Origin: Ascoidea asiatica JCM 7603
Lineage: Eukaryota; Fungi; Ascomycota
DNA length: 50,113 nt
Assembly (NCBI GenBank): GCA_001600695.1
Contig: BCKQ01000033.1
Location: 2,043-52,155 of the forward strand
Direction: 5' to 3'
This document shows, in pieces, positions 46,511-50,113 of the stretch; the first letter of the stretch is position 1, and each line of letters begins with the position of its first letter. Under the pieces are notes generated by a model. That model was given only the letters and a program-made list of their open reading frames with translations, did no database searches and was not told where the DNA came from. The position numbers were made by a program, and so were the translations under genes.

Positions 46511-47148
46511 TTATATTTATAATTATAAATAGCTAGATACCTATATAAAAAAGTATTAAATATTAGATATCAGATAGAATATATTATCAAATCACTAATA
46601 AACAAATTCGTGTCTTGAATCGACGTGCTTTCTGCCTGATTTCCGTGGGAAATTCACTTACCGCCGAATAGTAACAATCATTGCTCTCTATCTCTGATAC
46701 GTTTATTTATTCTTTTATTCCTTTATTGGGATTATCTCGATTATATCTCAAATATATTTCATCAATTGATTGATTCTTCATCTTTATATCTTTATCCTTA
46801 TCCTAACTTTTATCTTTATCTTTACTTCCAATGGATCATTCTTCATCTATTCAATTCACTTCTTATTTTGTCTCTTAATCAATCCTCTAATTGGCTGCTT
46901 ATCATATTCTATTCATATTCTCTGTACCTTTTTTAAACTTTCAAATAATCCTATTTAAACGTGCCTTCAAATTTTTGCTTATTCAAAATATGTTAAATAA
47001 TAATATATATATAATCTATATAATGAAATAATTTAAATAATCTCAATTCAATTGAAAAATTTCACTCATATTTCAATATCCATTACATATCTTTATATTT
47101 TATATTATACATAATTCAAAATTGAAGTTTTTTTTTTTAAAACAAAAA

Positions 47149-49836
47149 ATGGCTAAACAAAATTCAAACTCAATACCTGATTCAATTAAAGAATCAACTC
47201 CATTATTAAAAAATATTAGAAGAAATTCTCAAAATTTTCAATTAAAATCTCCTCCAAAATTAAAAAGAAATTCATCAAATAATTCAATAATTCCAATAAT
47301 TTCTCCAATTTCAAAAAATTTAACATTTAGAAATTTAGATTTATCTTTAGATTCAAATACAATTATTAGATCGATTTCTCCTGCAAGATCCATGAAAAGA
47401 TCTCATTCTTTACAATCAAGTAATTTAAATAATCATCAAAATTCAAAAAAATTCATCAATCAATCTCAATCTCAATCTCAGTCTCAATCTCAACAAATTC
47501 ATTCAAATCAAAATTTAATTTCTTCAGCTTCAATTAATAATGATAATTTTATATCCAATAATTCTTTAAAATTCTTTTATAAAGATAACAATAACAATGA
47601 CAATGACATAAATGATGATAAAAACAATGATAATGACAATCATAATAAAATTAGTAACGAAAATAATCAAATAAATAATCAAATAAATAATCAAAATAAT
47701 GATGAAAATTTTGATAATAATAATATAAGTATTTTTTCTCAAGCAAGACTGTATTCTCCAATACATATTGAATTAAATGATTATTATACAATTAAAACAA
47801 AATTACCCTTTAAACAATTATTACCATATTATTTACCTTGTGCTTCTTGGATTCCAGAATATAATTTTTCAAATTTCTTAAAAGATTTTATTTCTGGTTT
47901 AACTTTAGCTTCTTTTCAAATTCCATTATCAATATCTTATTCAAATACAATTGCTCATACTCCAACAATTTCTGGTTTATATGGTTTAATAATTCCTCCA
48001 TTTATATATACAATCTTAGGCTCTGTACCACAAATGATTGTTGGTCCAGAAGCTGCAATCTCTTTAGTTATTGGTCAAACTGTTGATAGAATGAAAATTC
48101 ATCATGATGAATTAATTAATCCAGTTGATATTTCCGTAATTTTATCGATGATTTCTGGTTTAATATTATTATTATCAGGTTTATTTAGATTTGGTTATAT
48201 TGAAAATGTTTTATCAAAATCTTTATTAAATGGTTTTATTTGTGCTGTTGGTATAATAATGATAATAAATTCTTTAATTGGTGAATTAAAATTAGATATT
48301 AATAATTCAAATGAAATTTTAGATTCTCCTTTTGATAAAGTTAAATTTATTATTATTCAATTAAATCAATTAAATTATCATTTACCAACTTTTTTTTTAA
48401 GTTTAGTATCTTTAATAATAATTTTATTAATTAGAAATATTAAAAAAAAAGATAAATTTTTTAATATAAAATTTTCAAATTCTTTTAAAACTATTTTAGC
48501 TTGTTTTCCAGAAATTTTAACAATTGTGATAATTACAACTACTTTATCATATATTTTTAAATTTCAAGAAAATTATGGTATCGCTCATCTAGGTTCAAAA
48601 GGTACTAAAAGTAATCATAATATTTTATTAAATTTTCCATTTTCAAAAAAAAAATTACAATATTATAGAGATTTATTATATCCTTCATTAACAATTGCAA
48701 TTCTTGGGTTTTTAGAATCTACAACAGCTTCTCAAACTTTAGGTTCCGTTTATAATTTACCAATTTCTTCAAATAGAGAATTAGTTGCTTTAGGTATGAT
48801 GAATATTGTTGGATCAAATTTTACTGCATTAGCTTCATTTGGTGGTTATGGTAGATCAAAAATTAATGCATTATCAGGTGCTGTTACTACAATGTCTGGT
48901 TTTATAATGGGTTTTATGACTTTATTAACTGTATTATATTTATTAAAATATTTTCATTATTTACCTGTTTGTATATTATCAGTTATAACTACAGTTGTTG
49001 GAATATCATTACTTAGTGAAATCCCTAAAAATATATATTTTCATTGGAAAGATAAAGGATGGAGTGAATTAACTACATTTTTTCTAACCTTAATTATATC
49101 CTTTTTTTATGGTGTTGATACTGGAATCATTTTTGGATCAGGATTTTCTATTCTTAGAGTTGTAAAACATTCATCGAAATCTAGAATTCAAATTTTAGGT
49201 AGAATTCCTAATACAAACAAATTTATGAATGCTGATGAAGAAATTCCAGAAGAACTTACAATTGATGATGTACCATATATTATAACAAGTAATAAAAAAG
49301 CCTGTTCAAATTTAGAAGAAATTGAAGGATGCTTAATTGTTAAAATTCCTGAACCACTAACATTTACAAATACAGCAGATTTGAAATTAAGGTTAAATAG
49401 ATTAGAAAAATATGGATCTTCAAGAAGTCATCCAGCTATGAATAGAGTAAGGAAGCAATCCATGACCAGATATGTTTTGTTTGATTTACATGGAATGACG
49501 GAAATTGATTCATCTGCTGCTCAAATTATAAGAGATATAATCTTAAGATATAAAGAGAGAAATATTTTGGTTTTTTTCTGTAGAGTCTCAAATAACAGTT
49601 TAATTAGAGATAGACTAGTTAATTCAGGTATAAGGGAAATAATTTATAAAAAAAAGGATTTTCTTAATTCTTTTGCTAATGGAAATTGTAATATCAATGA
49701 AAGATTTACAAATTTATCATTTAATCAACGTAAACTGATTTATTATCTTGATATTAACGAAGCATTAGAAGCTGTCGACGTTATTGAAAGACAAAATAAC
49801 AATGTCGGAGATAATTATTATACTTGTATGACTTAA
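47149..49836 (+). CDS. SLC26/SulP anion (sulfate-type) permease with STAS domain, YPR003C-like
   Basis: PYYLPCASWIPEY, DFISGLTLASFQIPLSISY, MIVGPEAAISL, SSNRELVALG, FGGYGRSKIN; STAS LIVKIPEPLTFTN...FDLHGMTEIDSSA. First ATG is at 47149. Confidence 0.93.
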   Translation: MAKQNSNSIPDSIKESTPLLKNIRRNSQNFQLKSPPKLKRNSSNNSIIPIISPISKNLTFRNLDLSLDSNTIIRSISPARSMKRSHSLQSSNLNNHQNSKKFINQSQSQSQSQSQQIHSNQNLISSASINNDNFISNNSLKFFYKDNNNNDNDINDDKNNDNDNHNKISNENNQINNQINNQNNDENFDNNNISIFSQARLYSPIHIELNDYYTIKTKLPFKQLLPYYLPCASWIPEYNFSNFLKDFISGLTLASFQIPLSISYSNTIAHTPTISGLYGLIIPPFIYTILGSVPQMIVGPEAAISLVIGQTVDRMKIHHDELINPVDISVILSMISGLILLLSGLFRFGYIENVLSKSLLNGFICAVGIIMIINSLIGELKLDINNSNEILDSPFDKVKFIIIQLNQLNYHLPTFFLSLVSLIIILLIRNIKKKDKFFNIKFSNSFKTILACFPEILTIVIITTTLSYIFKFQENYGIAHLGSKGTKSNHNILLNFPFSKKKLQYYRDLLYPSLTIAILGFLESTTASQTLGSVYNLPISSNRELVALGMMNIVGSNFTALASFGGYGRSKINALSGAVTTMSGFIMGFMTLLTVLYLLKYFHYLPVCILSVITTVVGISLLSEIPKNIYFHWKDKGWSELTTFFLTLIISFFYGVDTGIIFGSGFSILRVVKHSSKSRIQILGRIPNTNKFMNADEEIPEELTIDDVPYIITSNKKACSNLEEIEGCLIVKIPEPLTFTNTADLKLRLNRLEKYGSSRSHPAMNRVRKQSMTRYVLFDLHGMTEIDSSAAQIIRDIILRYKERNILVFFCRVSNNSLIRDRLVNSGIREIIYKKKDFLNSFANGNCNINERFTNLSFNQRKLIYYLDINEALEAVDVIERQNNNVGDNYYTCMT

Positions 49837-49894
49837 AGTACTGGAAATAAAACCTGTCTATTATCTTTCTATATTCAAAATTTAAAACTTTTTT

Positions 49895-50113
49895 TTGGGA
49901 TGATTTTTTGTCAATTTTTCTGTTTATTTTGACAACCTTTTAGATGATTTCATAAGACTTCATTAAATTCTATTGAATATCAACTACTCTGAGTTTTTGA
50001 GGCTGCATGTTAGTTAATAATGTATCTCTAATAATACTTCCAGTTAAAATTTAAGTGAAATTCAAACCCCTCTTCGGCTAGCTCGAATGCTTTGCATACT
50101 CCTTTCAGTTATT
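49895..50113. repeat. Inverted repeat, right copy (partner 161-379), truncated by the window end
   Basis: Reverse complement matches 161-379 at 214/219 positions. 50048-50113 (+) encodes NLSEIQTPLRLARMLCILLSVI. Confidence 0.97.

Noticed and set aside
46644-46660. GTGGGAAATTC resembling RNase P RNA conserved region I
   Set aside because: The match does not continue and no downstream region V or P4 partner was found.

Overview
Extremely AT-rich nuclear DNA from a budding yeast (Saccharomycotina). Evidence: GTATGT/TACTAAC introns, intron-containing tRNAs and poly-Asn proteins; the composition suggests Ascoidea or a relative (inference). Recognisable genes in order: CCH1, UBC12 (spliced), tRNA-Leu(UAG), a PCL5-like cyclin, UGA1, RPL10 (spliced), ARL3, ZRT3, SWI1, urate oxidase, CWC2, tRNA-Lys(CUU), PEP4, ADE6, a LigB/DODA-type dioxygenase and an SLC26/STAS permease. 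There are also three poorly explained ORFs (934, 164 and 1010 aa). Main unexpected observations: (1) The whole ~50 kb block is bracketed by a collinear inverted repeat (161-379 vs 49895-50113) that is identical in its outer part and runs off the window end. (2) That repeat translates, through stop codons, into a decayed copy of the N-terminus of the intact 934-aa orphan in the middle of the window, suggesting an uncharacterised multi-copy, possibly mobile or selfish gene family. (3) G/C strand skew inverts sharply at GC-rich intergenic islands. (4) The 1010-aa ORF looks like a degenerate tandem DH-PH/DH-PH RhoGEF. (5) There is a multi-hairpin ncRNA candidate between convergent genes, plus several uORF and splicing oddities. 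All comparisons were made by eye; no searches were run.
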